Below are positions 44,978 to 55,920 of a DNA stretch of 64,000 nt, piece after piece. The first letter of the stretch is position 1. Each line of letters opens with the position of its first letter. The notes under the pieces are model-generated. The model ran no database searches. It had not been told where the DNA came from and saw only the letters and a program-made list of their open reading frames with translations. Position numbers and translations under genes: made by a program. Origin of the DNA: Clostridia bacterium (GTDB lineage Bacteria > Bacillota > Clostridia > Oscillospirales > CAG-272); contig JAFTSW010000008.1 of the NCBI GenBank assembly GCA_017467085.1, positions 1,174-65,173 of the forward strand, read 5' to 3'.

Positions 44978-47122
44978 TCAGGAAATCACAGCGGCAGAGT
45001 CGGCGGCGTATCGGGCAAGCTCAGCGGAAAGGGCGGCGTGCTTGTCGGTAAAGAGGGCGGTGTCCCCCGATAGGAGCCGCTTCGCCTCCTCGGCGGCGGC
45101 AAAAATCAGCGTCTCGTCCTGGCAAAGAGAAGCAAAGCGGAAGGCAAGACCGCCGCTTTGACGGAAGTCATCGCTGCCTGCCTGGGTGAAGAAATCACCG
45201 GGGCCCCGCATTTTAAGGTCCTCCTCTGCCACACGGAAGCCGTCATATACCGTCCGCATGGTCTCAAGCCGCCCCTTGGCGGTGACGCCCTTGGCGTCGG
45301 AGCGCAAAACACAGTAGGATTTTCGGCTGCCCCGTCCTACCCGTCCGCGGAGCTGATGAAGCTGAGAAAGGCCGAAGCGCTCGGCGTTTTCAATCAGCAT
45401 CAGACAGGCGTTTGGCACGTTGATGCCAACCTCCACAACGGTGGTGGATACTAAAATCTGCACCTCGCCTCTGGCAAAGGCGCCCATAACCGCTTCCTTT
45501 TCGGCAGATTTCATCTTGCCGTGTAAGAGTCCTACCTGCAAGTGGGGAAGGGCAAGCGATAGCTCCTCTGCCTTCTTTTCGGCGGCAACCAGGGGAAGAA
45601 GAGGGGCACCCTCCTTTTCGGTTACTAAGTCGGAAAGCGGAATTTCCGCCTCCTCGGGCTCCTCGGCAATCGCGGGACAAACCACGTATACCTGTCCCCC
45701 CTCGGCGGTCAGCTTGTCCATAAAGGCGACAAGCCTTGCGTCAAAGGAACTGTCTACCACAAAGGTGTCCACCCGCTGTCTGCCCTTGGGAAGCTCGTCA
45801 ATGGTGGACATGGATAAGTCCCCGTATAAGGCAAGGGCAAGGGTACGGGGAATGGGGGTGGCGCTCATCACCAGAAGATGGGAGCGAGGCGCCTTTTGCC
45901 GCAAAGCGGCGCGCTGTAAAACGCCAAAGCGGTGCTGCTCGTCCGTCACCGTCAGAGCAAGGTCGGAAAAAACGGTCTTTTCAGATAAAAGGGCGTGGGT
46001 GCCAATCACCAAATCGATGCGCCCCTCCCCCGTTTTTTGCAGACCCTCGTAAATCTCTCGCTTTTCTCTTTGGGAGGTCGCCCCCAAAAGCAGGGCAACC
46101 CGAAAGCCCATCGCTTCAAAAAAGGGCTTCATCTCCGCATAGTGCTGAGAGGCTAAAATTTCCGTCGGCGCCATCACGGCGGCTTGGTGACGGGAGGCAA
46201 GCGCCAGATAAACGGCGTACATAGCGCAAACCGTCTTGCCGCTTCCTACGTCCCCGATAAGAATACGCCCCATCGGCGTGCCGCTTCTCATATCTGCCTC
46301 AATTTCATCAATGGAGCGACTCTGCGCCCCCGTCAGCTCGTAGGGCAGTCGGGAGAGAAATGCCCCCCTGTCTGCTGAAAGAATAGGTAAGGCCTTCTCG
46401 GTCACAACCCGCTTCTTCGACATCTGCATACGCAAAGCAAACAGGAAAAACTCGTCAAAGGCGAGGCGCCGCGCCGAGGCGCGGATGTCCGCAAGACCGC
46501 TTGGAGAATGTAAGGCGGTAAGCGCGCTTTGCAGGGTCGGCAGTGTATTTCTGCGGCGAATTTCCTCGGGCAAAAAGTCCTCTAATTGGGGCAGGCAGGC
46601 GGCAAGCGCCTGGGCGCACGCCTTTTGTAGGGCGGCGGCGGAAAGCCCCTCGGTCAGTCGGTAAACGGGAATATAGTCGGGTAAGGGCAGGTCGGGCATA
46701 TAAGGCTCGTATTGGGGATTGGTCATAAGAATACGCTTTCCCTTGCGCTCCACCTTCCCCGTAAAGCGATAAGTGTCCCCAACCGCAAATACCTTCTTCA
46801 AAAAATCCTGGTTAAAATAGGTCAGCTCCACGCTTGCCGAGTCGTCAAAGGCGCGTAGCTTGGTCACCGTCAGATTGCGCTTCAGGCGCACGGAGGTGGG
46901 GACAGTGGCAACCGTCAGAAGAAACGTCGCCTTTTCCCCGTCTGCCACGTTCTGTAAAAGAGAAACAGAGGAGCGGTCCTCGTATGCGCGGGGAATATGA
47001 AAAATCAAGTCCCGCAGGGTAAAAATCCCCAAGCGGGCAAACGCCTTTGCCTTGGCGTCTCCAATGCCAGAAAGGCAGGAAACGGGAGAGGATAAGGAAA
47101 TCTTCTCGGCACCCTTCGTCAT
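44978..47122 (-). CDS. recG: ATP-dependent DNA helicase RecG
   Basis: Wedge domain plus SF2 helicase motifs (GDVGSGKT, DEQHRFG, QLHQLRGRVGRG). ATG lies behind GGAGGTG. Confidence 0.95.
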   Translation of the reverse strand: MTKGAEKISLSSPVSCLSGIGDAKAKAFARLGIFTLRDLIFHIPRAYEDRSSVSLLQNVADGEKATFLLTVATVPTSVRLKRNLTVTKLRAFDDSASVELTYFNQDFLKKVFAVGDTYRFTGKVERKGKRILMTNPQYEPYMPDLPLPDYIPVYRLTEGLSAAALQKACAQALAACLPQLEDFLPEEIRRRNTLPTLQSALTALHSPSGLADIRASARRLAFDEFFLFALRMQMSKKRVVTEKALPILSADRGAFLSRLPYELTGAQSRSIDEIEADMRSGTPMGRILIGDVGSGKTVCAMYAVYLALASRHQAAVMAPTEILASQHYAEMKPFFEAMGFRVALLLGATSQREKREIYEGLQKTGEGRIDLVIGTHALLSEKTVFSDLALTVTDEQHRFGVLQRAALRQKAPRSHLLVMSATPIPRTLALALYGDLSMSTIDELPKGRQRVDTFVVDSSFDARLVAFMDKLTAEGGQVYVVCPAIAEEPEEAEIPLSDLVTEKEGAPLLPLVAAEKKAEELSLALPHLQVGLLHGKMKSAEKEAVMGAFARGEVQILVSTTVVEVGINVPNACLMLIENAERFGLSQLHQLRGRVGRGSRKSYCVLRSDAKGVTAKGRLETMRTVYDGFRVAEEDLKMRGPGDFFTQAGSDDFRQSGGLAFRFASLCQDETLIFAAAEEAKRLLSGDTALFTDKHAALSAELARYAADSAAVIS

Positions 47123-47376
47123 ACGGCGCACCTCCTTCTTAATCTTCTACTATTTTATACTATATCCCCTCTTTTTGCAAGAGTTTTTTTGAAGGGCGGC
47201 GGTTTTTGTGGAAAAAAAGAAAACTTTTTGCGAAAAAAGACAAAAAGTGCGTTCTTTTTCTTTACAAAGCAAAAATTTTATGCTACAATAGGAATGATAT
47301 TATGGCGTCGTATCGAATAAAGGAAAAAAGACGCCCTATGGATACCCTTATTGCTATCAAGAAAGGAGTAAGACGA

Positions 47377-49356
47377 ATGAAAAAAATAGCAACGAAAAAC
47401 GACGTTGCCGTTCTTATAGCGGTCGCCTGCTTTATTCTCGTGGCGTTTGCCATTCTCTTGGAGCGCGTCGCCCTCACCCCGCTTTTTCTGGGTATGATTG
47501 CTGTTTTCGTTTATCTTGCGTTCCTCGCCATTTACTGGTCCCTGCGGATGAAGCCGCGTCAGAATACGGAAGAAGCCGAGGTCTTTTTGCGGACCGACAA
47601 TACGGAAATATGGATTTCCAACCTGCAAGCCCCTGCCGCTTTGTGCGACGGAGAGGACAACCTTGTCTTGGCAAACGCCGCCTTTTTGGAGGCGCTGGGC
47701 GTCGAGAAGGTAGCGGCTGGCCGTCCCTTTTCTGCCTACTGTCGCACCGTTCCTGCCGAATACCTTGCCCTTCCCGAAAACGAGGAAAACAAAAACAAGG
47801 AAATCGTTTTAATCAACGATAAGCTGTTCCGTGTCGGACGCTCCTCCTTAGAGGAGCAAAACCTGCATATGCTCTTTTTGGAGGACGTAACGGGGTTGTT
47901 TGAATACTTCCGCCGCTACGTGGAGGACAGAACTGCCGTTGCCTATATCGTTATTGACAACATCGAGGAGCTTTTGCAGTACATTCAGGAGAAATTCCGT
48001 TCTGCCGCCTCGGAGGTTGAGGAAATTCTGCGTAACTGGGCAGCGTCTATGAACGGCGTTATCCGTTCCTACGAGCGTGATAAGTACATTATGCTCTTTG
48101 ACTACGCCCATTTAAGCGAGTGCGTGGAAAGCCGCTTCAATATTCTGGACGAGGTGCGAAGCATCCGCGTGGGTGACGGTATGCCCGTCACGGTGTCTAT
48201 CGGTGTGTCCTGCGTGTCGGGCACCCTCTCCTACCGTGAGCAAATGGCGCAGGCGGCGCTGGATATGGCGTTGCAGCGCGGCGGTGACCAGGTGGTTTAT
48301 AAGAATGATACGGGCACCGAGTTCTACGGTGGAAAAACCAAGGCGGTCCATAAGCGTGCCAACGTGCGTGCCAGAGTGATGGGGAACGCCATCGTGGGTC
48401 TGATGGTACGGGCGGACAACGTGCTGATTATGGGTCATAACTATGGCGACTACGATTCCTTCGGCGCCTCCATCGGTATAGCGCGCTTGGCAATGTTCGC
48501 GGGGGCAGAGCCCCGTATCATCGTCAATCGCTCGGATGAAAACCTGCGCTCCTGCTTTGATAAAATCGCCGCCTGCGAGGAGTATGACGACGTCTTTATC
48601 ACCGAAAGTGAGGCGCTGGAAATGGTGCGCCCCCGTACCCTCCTTATCGTGGTGGACGTGAACAACGTATCCAATACCGTATGTCCCAAGCTCTTCGGGC
48701 TGGTGGAGGATACGGTTATTGTGGACCATCACACCAAGTCGGGTAATACGGACGTCAAGCCCAAGATTTCCTATATTGAGCCCTCTGCCTCCTCGGCGTC
48801 GGAAATGGTAGCGGAGATTTTGGAGCAGCATATGACCACCAAGCGCCTCTTGAAGGAGGAAGCGGAGCTTCTTCTTTCGGGTATTCTCTTAGATACCAAG
48901 CAGTTAACCAAGAACACGGGCACCAGAACCTACGGTGCGGCGCAGTTCTTGCGCGGCGAGGGCGCCAACCCCAGCGAAACCAACGAGCTGTTCAAAACGG
49001 ACGTCAACGATATGATTAAGCAGGGAAGATTCCTTTCCCACGTGCTTGTGTATAAGGACAACCTGGCAATCGCCGTTTGTGACGGCGATACCGACGCCAG
49101 CTACCGTGTCATTGCCGCTAAGGCGGCAGACGCACTGTTGGCAGGTAAGGGCATCAACGCCTCCTTCGCCTTAGTTCCCATCAACGGAAGAGTGCACGTT
49201 TCTGCCCGCTCTGACGGAACGGTCAACGTGGCAAAGATTCTGGAGGAGCTGCACGGCGGCGGTCACTTTGACTCGGCAGGCGCCCAGGTAGACGAAAGCA
49301 CGGGTCTTGCAACGGTAGAACGGCTTAAAAAAGCAATCGATAAATATATCAATTAA
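47377..49356 (+). CDS. gdpP: GdpP-type cyclic-di-AMP phosphodiesterase (TM-PAS-degenerate GGDEF-DHH/DHHA1)
   Basis: Start MKKIATKND behind AAAGGAG. Two N-terminal TM helices, DHH motif (VDHH), and DHHA1 GGGH near the C-terminus. Confidence 0.85.
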   Translation: MKKIATKNDVAVLIAVACFILVAFAILLERVALTPLFLGMIAVFVYLAFLAIYWSLRMKPRQNTEEAEVFLRTDNTEIWISNLQAPAALCDGEDNLVLANAAFLEALGVEKVAAGRPFSAYCRTVPAEYLALPENEENKNKEIVLINDKLFRVGRSSLEEQNLHMLFLEDVTGLFEYFRRYVEDRTAVAYIVIDNIEELLQYIQEKFRSAASEVEEILRNWAASMNGVIRSYERDKYIMLFDYAHLSECVESRFNILDEVRSIRVGDGMPVTVSIGVSCVSGTLSYREQMAQAALDMALQRGGDQVVYKNDTGTEFYGGKTKAVHKRANVRARVMGNAIVGLMVRADNVLIMGHNYGDYDSFGASIGIARLAMFAGAEPRIIVNRSDENLRSCFDKIAACEEYDDVFITESEALEMVRPRTLLIVVDVNNVSNTVCPKLFGLVEDTVIVDHHTKSGNTDVKPKISYIEPSASSASEMVAEILEQHMTTKRLLKEEAELLLSGILLDTKQLTKNTGTRTYGAAQFLRGEGANPSETNELFKTDVNDMIKQGRFLSHVLVYKDNLAIAVCDGDTDASYRVIAAKAADALLAGKGINASFALVPINGRVHVSARSDGTVNVAKILEELHGGGHFDSAGAQVDESTGLATVERLKKAIDKYIN

Positions 49357-49379
49357 CAAAGGAAAGTGTGGAAAAACCA

Positions 49380-49823
49380 ATGAAGGTTATCTTGTTAGCA
49401 AACGTAAAGGCTCTGGGCAAAAAGGATGACGTGGTAGAGGTGGCGGAGGGCTATGCCGTCAACTTCCTTCTGCCTCGCAAGCTTGCCATTCGGGCAGACA
49501 ATAAGGCAATCAACGATTTGAAGGGCAAGGAGGAGTCCAAGCGCTTCAAAATCGAGGAGGAGCGCAAGGCAGCAAAGGCTGTTGCCGAGCGCCTGGAATC
49601 CATCACGGTGAAAATCCGTTCCGCATCGGGTGCCGATGGCAGACTGTACGGCGCCGTTACTGCCAAGGATATTGCCGAGGCGCTGGATAAGGATTTCGGC
49701 ATCACGGTGGATAAAAGAAAGATTGAGCTTGCCGACAATATCAAGGCATACGGCAGCTATACCCTGAACGTAAAGCTCTACGAGGGCGTAGTCGGAAAGA
49801 TTGCGCTGGTTGTCCATCAATAA
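49380..49823 (+). CDS. rplI: 50S ribosomal protein L9
   Basis: MKVILLANVKALGKKDDVVEVAEGYAVNFLLPRKLA. Confidence 0.95.
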   Translation: MKVILLANVKALGKKDDVVEVAEGYAVNFLLPRKLAIRADNKAINDLKGKEESKRFKIEEERKAAKAVAERLESITVKIRSASGADGRLYGAVTAKDIAEALDKDFGITVDKRKIELADNIKAYGSYTLNVKLYEGVVGKIALVVHQ

Positions 49824-49850
49824 CCAAAAAAACGAAAAGGGGAACCCTCT

Positions 49851-51224
49851 ATGGCACTTGACCTGGGAGCCCAGAAGCTGCCCGTATCCTTAGAAGCGGA
49901 GCAGGCGGTGCTTGGCTCAATTCTGATTAAGCCCGAGTCCTTTGAAAGCGTCGCGGGCAAGCTCGTGGCGGACGATTTTTATATCGAGGAGCATCGGCAG
50001 ATTTTTGCCGCTATGCAGACGATGTTTCTGCAAAGCCGCCGCATTGATACCGTGACCCTGTTGAATACCTTAATCAAGGGCGGCGCCTATGACGAGCAGT
50101 CGGGCGTTGCGTATCTGCGTAGCCTGGCGGAAAGCGTCCCCTCGGCTGCCAATATCGCCGACTACGGCAAAATTGTCAAGGAAAAGGCGCTTTTGCGCCG
50201 CTTGATTGCCGCCTGTGACGAAATCAGCGCCACCGCCTATGCGGAAAGTGGCGAAATTGACGCCATTTTAGACTCCTCTGCCCAAAAGATTTTTGACGTG
50301 GCGCAGAAGCAGGACTCCAAGGACTTCCGTCACATCAGCGAGGTTATGCAGGTCGTTTACAAGGACTTGCAATATAAATCCGAGCATCCGGGCGAGGTAT
50401 CGGGTGTGAAAACGGGCTTTTCCGAGCTGGATAATACCTTGGTGCAGCTTGGCAAGGGCGACCTTGTCCTGGTAGGCGCCCGACCCGGTATGGGTAAAAC
50501 CAGCTTTGTAATGAATATTGCCGTGGACGTTGCCAAAAAGACGGGCAAGGCAGTTGCCTGCTTCTCCTTGGAAATGCCTGCGGAGCAGCTGGCTATGCGT
50601 ATGCTGTCGGGTGAAGCAATGGTAGACAGCCGCGCTATGCGTAGCGGTCAGTTCAGCGATACCGATTGGGAAAATATTGCGGACGCCACCATTGCTTTAG
50701 CCGGCTGTGATATCCTCATTGACGATACCGCCGACATCACCCCCACCGATATGAAGGCGAAGCTTCGCCGTGTGAAAAACCTCGGTATGGTGGTTATCGA
50801 CTACCTGCAGCTGATGCAGAGCGGTAAGTCTATTGAAAACCGTGTGCAGGAGGTGGGTGACATTTCCCGAAGCCTGAAAATTATGGCAAAGGACTTTGGC
50901 GTGCCCATTCTTTGCTGCGCCCAGCTTTCCCGTGGTCCCGAGGGCAGAACGGTGAAAAAGCCGATGCTGTCCGACCTGCGTGACTCCGGCTCCATCGAGC
51001 AGGACGCGGATATTGTTCTGTTCCTCTACCGTGACGAATATTATAAGGATGTCGACCCCAAGGCGCAGGTGGCGGCCGCCAACACTGCCGAGGTCATCAT
51101 CGCCAAGAACAGACACGGTGCCGTTGGAAGCGTAACGATGGGCTGGAACGCCCAGTATACCAAATTCCGCTCCTTGGAGGATAACGGACTTCCCGAGCCG
51201 CCTCCCCCCTATGGGCAAGCGTGA
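49851..51224 (+). CDS. dnaB: replicative DNA helicase
   Basis: N-terminal EAEQAVLGSIL, Walker A GARPGMGKTSF, and the RecA-like C-terminal domain. Confidence 0.95.
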   Translation: MALDLGAQKLPVSLEAEQAVLGSILIKPESFESVAGKLVADDFYIEEHRQIFAAMQTMFLQSRRIDTVTLLNTLIKGGAYDEQSGVAYLRSLAESVPSAANIADYGKIVKEKALLRRLIAACDEISATAYAESGEIDAILDSSAQKIFDVAQKQDSKDFRHISEVMQVVYKDLQYKSEHPGEVSGVKTGFSELDNTLVQLGKGDLVLVGARPGMGKTSFVMNIAVDVAKKTGKAVACFSLEMPAEQLAMRMLSGEAMVDSRAMRSGQFSDTDWENIADATIALAGCDILIDDTADITPTDMKAKLRRVKNLGMVVIDYLQLMQSGKSIENRVQEVGDISRSLKIMAKDFGVPILCCAQLSRGPEGRTVKKPMLSDLRDSGSIEQDADIVLFLYRDEYYKDVDPKAQVAAANTAEVIIAKNRHGAVGSVTMGWNAQYTKFRSLEDNGLPEPPPPYGQA

Positions 51225-52621
51225 TGGAAAAGGGAAAAAAATCCTCCGCCCTTGCCTTGGTGCAGGAGCGATTTGAAAAAACCGTCAGGGAAGAAAATAT
51301 GCTTCCCTTGATGCGCGGCGGCGTCCTTTTAGCGCTGTCGGGCGGGGTGGATTCCTCTTTGCTGCTGGTGCTTTTGCAGGCGCTTTGTCAAAAGGAGGGC
51401 TTCCCCCTGGAGGCGATGCACGTTAACCACGGTATCCGTGGTGAGGAGGCGTTGCGGGATGAGCGCTTTTGTGCCTCTCTCTGTAAGGACCTTGGCGTCC
51501 CCCTCCATATCGCCGCCATCTCCGTCCCTGCCCTTGCCGAGGAGGAAGGGAAGGGCATCGAGGAAACGGCGCGGAAGCACCGCTATGCGCACTTAGAGAA
51601 AAAAAGGGAGGAGCGAGGGCTTTCCGCCATCGTTACCGCCCATAACGCAAACGATAATGCGGAAACCGTTCTTTTGCATCTTGTCAGAGGAACGGGTCTG
51701 CGAGGGCTTTGCGGCATTCCTGCCGTGCGTGGGCGCCTGCTTCGGCCTCTTCTGCGCGTTACCAAGGAAATGATTTACGAAGCGGCAAGGGAAGCCTCCC
51801 TTTCCTTCGTGGAGGACAGCACCAACGGAGACGTTGCCTATGCCCGCAACTATATCAGGCACGAGCTTTTTCCCCGTATGGAGCGCTTAAACCCCTCCCT
51901 TTGCGACGCCTTTTCCCGTATGACCGTCGAGGTTGGACGGGATGCCGCCTATTTAGATTGCCTGGCAAAGGAAAAATTTGAGGCGCTCTATGACGGCAAA
52001 GCCCTTTGCCGTGCCGCCCTTTCGTCCTTGCCCTATTCCCTGGCATACCGCCTTTTGCTGCTTTTGCACGGGGCGCAATGCGAGGGTGCCGAAAAGCCAA
52101 GCGCCTTGCAAATCGAGGGTGCTGTCGGAAAAATACAAAGCGACGCCTGCGGCTCGCTCTCCTTTCCCTCTGCCTTTTCCTTGGTGGTGGAAAGAGAAAG
52201 CGTGTTTTTTCGCATAGAAGGCGAGCCTCTCTTTGATTTCGGAGAGGAAAAAATCCGCCTTGGTGAGAATTGTCTTGCAAACGGGGGTATACTGTATGTA
52301 TCCCTCGGAAAGGAAGACAATCTTTTCACAAATCTTCACAAACCCGTGATACACCGAACACTCTCTTCTGCTACAATACAGGGAGAATTGTTCGTGCGCT
52401 CCAAGCGGGAGGGGGATTCCTATCGGTACGGTGGGAGGACCCGCAAGCTCAAAAAGCTTTTCTCAGATGCCTCCGTTCCGCCCCACCTGCGTAGCCGTGT
52501 CCCCGTCCTCTGTGACGAAAAGGGCATCGTCTGGGTAGCAGGCTTCGGCGTGCGTGAGGATAACGAAAAGGATAAAACAAAAGTCTACAATCAGTACCAT
52601 ATTTACTACATTGAAGCATGA
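51224..52621 (+). CDS. tilS: tRNA(Ile)-lysidine synthetase
   Basis: PP-loop LALSGGVDSSLLL. TGATG overlap with the dnaB stop. Confidence 0.9.
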   Translation: MEKGKKSSALALVQERFEKTVREENMLPLMRGGVLLALSGGVDSSLLLVLLQALCQKEGFPLEAMHVNHGIRGEEALRDERFCASLCKDLGVPLHIAAISVPALAEEEGKGIEETARKHRYAHLEKKREERGLSAIVTAHNANDNAETVLLHLVRGTGLRGLCGIPAVRGRLLRPLLRVTKEMIYEAAREASLSFVEDSTNGDVAYARNYIRHELFPRMERLNPSLCDAFSRMTVEVGRDAAYLDCLAKEKFEALYDGKALCRAALSSLPYSLAYRLLLLLHGAQCEGAEKPSALQIEGAVGKIQSDACGSLSFPSAFSLVVERESVFFRIEGEPLFDFGEEKIRLGENCLANGGILYVSLGKEDNLFTNLHKPVIHRTLSSATIQGELFVRSKREGDSYRYGGRTRKLKKLFSDASVPPHLRSRVPVLCDEKGIVWVAGFGVREDNEKDKTKVYNQYHIYYIEA

Positions 52622-52637
52622 GGGAAGGACAGTTCAA

Positions 52638-53195
52638 ATGAAGAACGAAATGGACGACGTATTAAAGATTCTTGTTTCCGAAAAGGAGTTAGACGAAATC
52701 ACTACCCGTATCGCCAGTGAGATTGATAGAGATTATGGGGAAAGCCCCCACCGTGTGGTTCTGGTAGCGATTTTGAAGGGCTCCGTCGTCTTTATGGGCG
52801 ATTTGATGCGTAAAATCAAGACCCCCATTGAAATCGATTTTATGAAGGTTGCCTCCTACGGCGGCAATACCGCCAGCACGGGCAATATCAATATTCACCT
52901 GGATTTGCAAAGAGCCGATATTGCCAACTGCGAAATTATCCTGGTAGAGGATATCGTAGACAGCGGCAGAACCCTGGCGCACTTAGTGGAATACTTGAAG
53001 CTGAAGGGGGCAAAAAGCGTGCGCACCGCAACCCTCTTGGATAAGCCCTCCCGTCGTGTGGTGGATTTTGAAGCGGACTACGTGGGTCGCAAGGTTCCCG
53101 ATGAGTTCGTCATTGGCTACGGCTTAGATTTTGATGAAAAGTATCGCGCGTTGCCCTTTGTTGGCGTCTTAAAGCCCGAAGCGTACGAGAAATAA
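52638..53195 (+). CDS. hpt: hypoxanthine phosphoribosyltransferase
   Basis: PRPP-binding motif ILVEDIVDSGRTL; start behind AGGGAAGGA. Confidence 0.9.
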   Translation: MKNEMDDVLKILVSEKELDEITTRIASEIDRDYGESPHRVVLVAILKGSVVFMGDLMRKIKTPIEIDFMKVASYGGNTASTGNINIHLDLQRADIANCEIILVEDIVDSGRTLAHLVEYLKLKGAKSVRTATLLDKPSRRVVDFEADYVGRKVPDEFVIGYGLDFDEKYRALPFVGVLKPEAYEK

Positions 53196-53232
53196 GCGCG
53201 GACATAGATAGAAGGAAGGATTTTTTCTGCCC

Positions 53233-55314
53233 ATGAAATTTAGTTTTAAGAATATCATTTTTTTGCTGGTGCTGGTGGTTGGCTTCGTTCTGGTGGCAAG
53301 CCTTTTTTCCGGCTACGGCGAGGAAACGGTAGACCTGACTTACAGCGATGTATTGCAATACTTCGAGAAGGGAGAGGTGTATTCCTTTGAGGTGAATACC
53401 TCTAACGTTCTGAAGATGCAAGTTCGGCAGTACGATGAGTCGGGTGCTGTCAAGTTGGATAAGAACGGCAAGGAGGAAACCAAGACCGTCACCTACCGTC
53501 TTTCCAACTCGATGCAGTATCAGGAAATCAATGAGATTGCCAAAGCGAGCCTGATTACCGAAAATAATCCGGGCGGCACCCTCCATTTTTACAACTACGA
53601 GGAGCCCGTGGATACCCCCTGGTATCAGCTCTATCTGCCCTATATCATCATCGCTGTGGTGCTGGTGATTTTCTGGGTTATTATGATGCGCCAGGCATCG
53701 GGAAAGGGCGGCAAAATGGGCTCCTTCTCCCACGCCAAGGTAAAAACCAATGCCGACACCAAGAACGCCGTCAAGTTTGTTGACGTGGCAGGTGCGGATG
53801 AGGAAAAGGAAGAGCTGCAAGAGGTGGTGGAATTCTTAAAGAATCCCGAAAGATTTGTGCGGCTCGGCGCTAAAATTCCCAGGGGCGTATTGCTCGTGGG
53901 CCCTCCCGGAACGGGTAAAACCCTGCTTGCCAAGGCTGTGGCAGGTGAGGCTGGCGTGCCCTTCTATTCCATCTCGGGCTCCGATTTCGTGGAAATGTAC
54001 GTGGGCGTCGGTGCTTCCCGTGTCCGTGATTTGTTCGAAACCGCCCGTAGAAGCCCTGCCAGCATTATCTTCATCGATGAGATTGACGCTGTCGGCAGAC
54101 AGCGTGGAACGGGTCTTGGCGGCGGTCACGATGAGCGTGAGCAAACCCTGAACCAGCTGTTAGTGGAAATGGACGGCTTCGGTACCCACGAGGGCGTTAT
54201 CGTCATGGCGGCAACCAACCGCCCCGATATCTTAGACCCCGCGCTTTTGCGCCCCGGTCGCTTTGACAGACAGGTCACCGTCAACTATCCCGACTTGAAG
54301 GGAAGAGAAGCCATTCTGCGTGTGCACGTCCGCAACAAGCCCTTGGAGGGTGACGTGGACTTGGCAAAGATTGCCCAGACCACCGCAGGCTTCACAGGCG
54401 CTGATTTGGCAAATCTCCTTAACGAGGCAGCCCTCTTGGCGGCACGTAAGGGAAAGAGCCTTATCGGTATGACGGAAATTGAAGCGGCAACCCTCAAGGT
54501 CTTAGTAGGAACCGAAAAGAAGAGCTCCCGTATGACCGAGGAGGAAAAGAAGAATACCGCGTACCACGAGGCAGGGCATGCTATTCTGTCCCATCTGTTG
54601 CCCACCCAGGACCCCGTCCGCCGCATCTCCATCGTGCCCAGCGGCAGAGCCTTGGGCTACACCCTGTCGGTGCCCGAGCGTGACCGTGTCAGCGTGTATA
54701 AATCCCAGTTGAAGGAAAAAATCGCTATGCTGTTGGCAGGTAGAGCCGCGGAGGAGCTGGTCTTTGGCGACGTGTCCGCAGGTGCCTCCAACGATATCCA
54801 GCGCGCCACCCGTGTTGCCCACGATATGGTAACCCGTTACGGTATGAGCGAGGAAATCGGCACCATTCTTCTTGGCGGTGAGCATAGTGACGCCGAGGTG
54901 TTCTTGGGCAGAGATTTCAATAGCACCAAGAACTATTCCGAGGCAACCGCCCATAAAATTGACTTGGAGGTCAAGAGAATTGTGGACGAGGCGTATGCCC
55001 TTGCCAAGAAGGTCTTGACGGAAAACAGAGTCAAGCTGGACTTTATCGCTGCGTATCTTGTGAAATACGAGGTAATGGACGGTGAGCAGTTCCTGTATGT
55101 AATGGAGGACGAAACCCCCACCGAGGAGGAGCTGACTGCTATGGTAGAAAAGCGTGCCAAGCAGAGCGAGGCGGAAAACCGTGCCGCCGCCGAGGAAAAG
55201 GCAAGGGAAGAGGCAGAGCGCGCGATGCGTGAAGCGCTTCAGGATGAAGAAGGAGAATCCACCGCCACCGAGGAAACGGACGGCGATGACTCCGACTCCC
55301 GGCCCAACGAATAA
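53233..55314 (+). CDS. ftsH: ATP-dependent zinc metalloprotease FtsH
   Basis: Walker [17 protein letters not shown] region, zinc motif HEAGHA, and an acidic C-terminal tail. Confidence 0.97.
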   Translation: MKFSFKNIIFLLVLVVGFVLVASLFSGYGEETVDLTYSDVLQYFEKGEVYSFEVNTSNVLKMQVRQYDESGAVKLDKNGKEETKTVTYRLSNSMQYQEINEIAKASLITENNPGGTLHFYNYEEPVDTPWYQLYLPYIIIAVVLVIFWVIMMRQASGKGGKMGSFSHAKVKTNADTKNAVKFVDVAGADEEKEELQEVVEFLKNPERFVRLGAKIPRGVLLVGPPGTGKTLLAKAVAGEAGVPFYSISGSDFVEMYVGVGASRVRDLFETARRSPASIIFIDEIDAVGRQRGTGLGGGHDEREQTLNQLLVEMDGFGTHEGVIVMAATNRPDILDPALLRPGRFDRQVTVNYPDLKGREAILRVHVRNKPLEGDVDLAKIAQTTAGFTGADLANLLNEAALLAARKGKSLIGMTEIEAATLKVLVGTEKKSSRMTEEEKKNTAYHEAGHAILSHLLPTQDPVRRISIVPSGRALGYTLSVPERDRVSVYKSQLKEKIAMLLAGRAAEELVFGDVSAGASNDIQRATRVAHDMVTRYGMSEEIGTILLGGEHSDAEVFLGRDFNSTKNYSEATAHKIDLEVKRIVDEAYALAKKVLTENRVKLDFIAAYLVKYEVMDGEQFLYVMEDETPTEEELTAMVEKRAKQSEAENRAAAEEKAREEAERAMREALQDEEGESTATEETDGDDSDSRPNE

Positions 55315-55334
55315 AAACAACAAGTGAGGCTTCT

Positions 55335-55745
55335 ATGAAGGTAATCGTGGTAGACGGGCAGGGCGGACTTTTAGGCGCCCAGCTCATCAAGGAAATTGCG
55401 GCGCAGCTGCCAAGCGTGGAACTGACCGCCATCGGCACCAATGCGGTAGCAACGGCAACGATGCTGAAGGCAGGCGTCAAGAACGCCGCCACGGGGGAAA
55501 ATCCCCTGGTTGTGGCTTGCCGTCGGGCAGACGTTATCGTCGGCCCCATCGGTATCGTGATTGCGGATGCCCTCTTGGGTGAAATTACCCCCAAAATGGC
55601 AGAGGCAGTCGGGCAGGCAGAAGCAACGCGCATTCTCATTCCTATGAATAAATGCGGTAATTATGTGGCGGGTGTCGCCGATTACGGGCTCTCCACCTTG
55701 ATTGCGGACGCCGTTGCCAAGCTGAAAAGCCTTGTAGACCGATAA
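55335..55745 (+). CDS. small conserved protein, probably DUF3842 family
   Basis: 136 aa starting MKVIVVDGQGGLLGAQLIKEI. The family name is from recollection only. Confidence 0.5.
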   Translation: MKVIVVDGQGGLLGAQLIKEIAAQLPSVELTAIGTNAVATATMLKAGVKNAATGENPLVVACRRADVIVGPIGIVIADALLGEITPKMAEAVGQAEATRILIPMNKCGNYVAGVADYGLSTLIADAVAKLKSLVDR

Positions 55746-55763
55746 GCGAATCGCGCAAAGGGC

Positions 55764-55792
55764 TTGACAAAGCGCGCTTTTTGTGCTATGAT
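55764..55792 (+). promoter_or_regulatory. sigma-A promoter of the ECF S-component operon
   Basis: TTGACA, 17 nt spacer, TGcTATGAT. Confidence 0.65.
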
Positions 55793-55798
55793 ATTTCC

Positions 55799-55920
55799 GT
55801 AAACGGCGCAGAAGCGCCCCTCGCCCGGAAGGGCGGGATAAAAGCAGAAGCTTCTAAATTAGAGTTATAAGAAAATGATACCATAAGGCATCGCCATCTC
55901 AGAAGAGATAGTGGTGCCTT
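55799..55920 (+). promoter_or_regulatory. structured 5' leader ending in an intrinsic terminator (unclassified riboswitch/attenuator candidate)
   Basis: Two adjacent GC-rich tetraloop hairpins (GGCGC-agaa-GCGCC and CTCGCCC-ggaa-GGGCGGG) are followed by the terminator ggcatcgccatctc-agaa-gagatagtggtgcc plus T5. The start codon lies about 60 nt downstream. Confidence 0.5.

Noticed and set aside
55815-55850. Similarity of GGGCGGGATAAAAGC to the 3' conserved block of ykkC-type (guanidine/ppGpp/PRPP) riboswitches.
   Set aside because: The other conserved blocks of that fold (GGGUUCCG and GGUCCGAGAG) are absent, so the resemblance is probably fortuitous.
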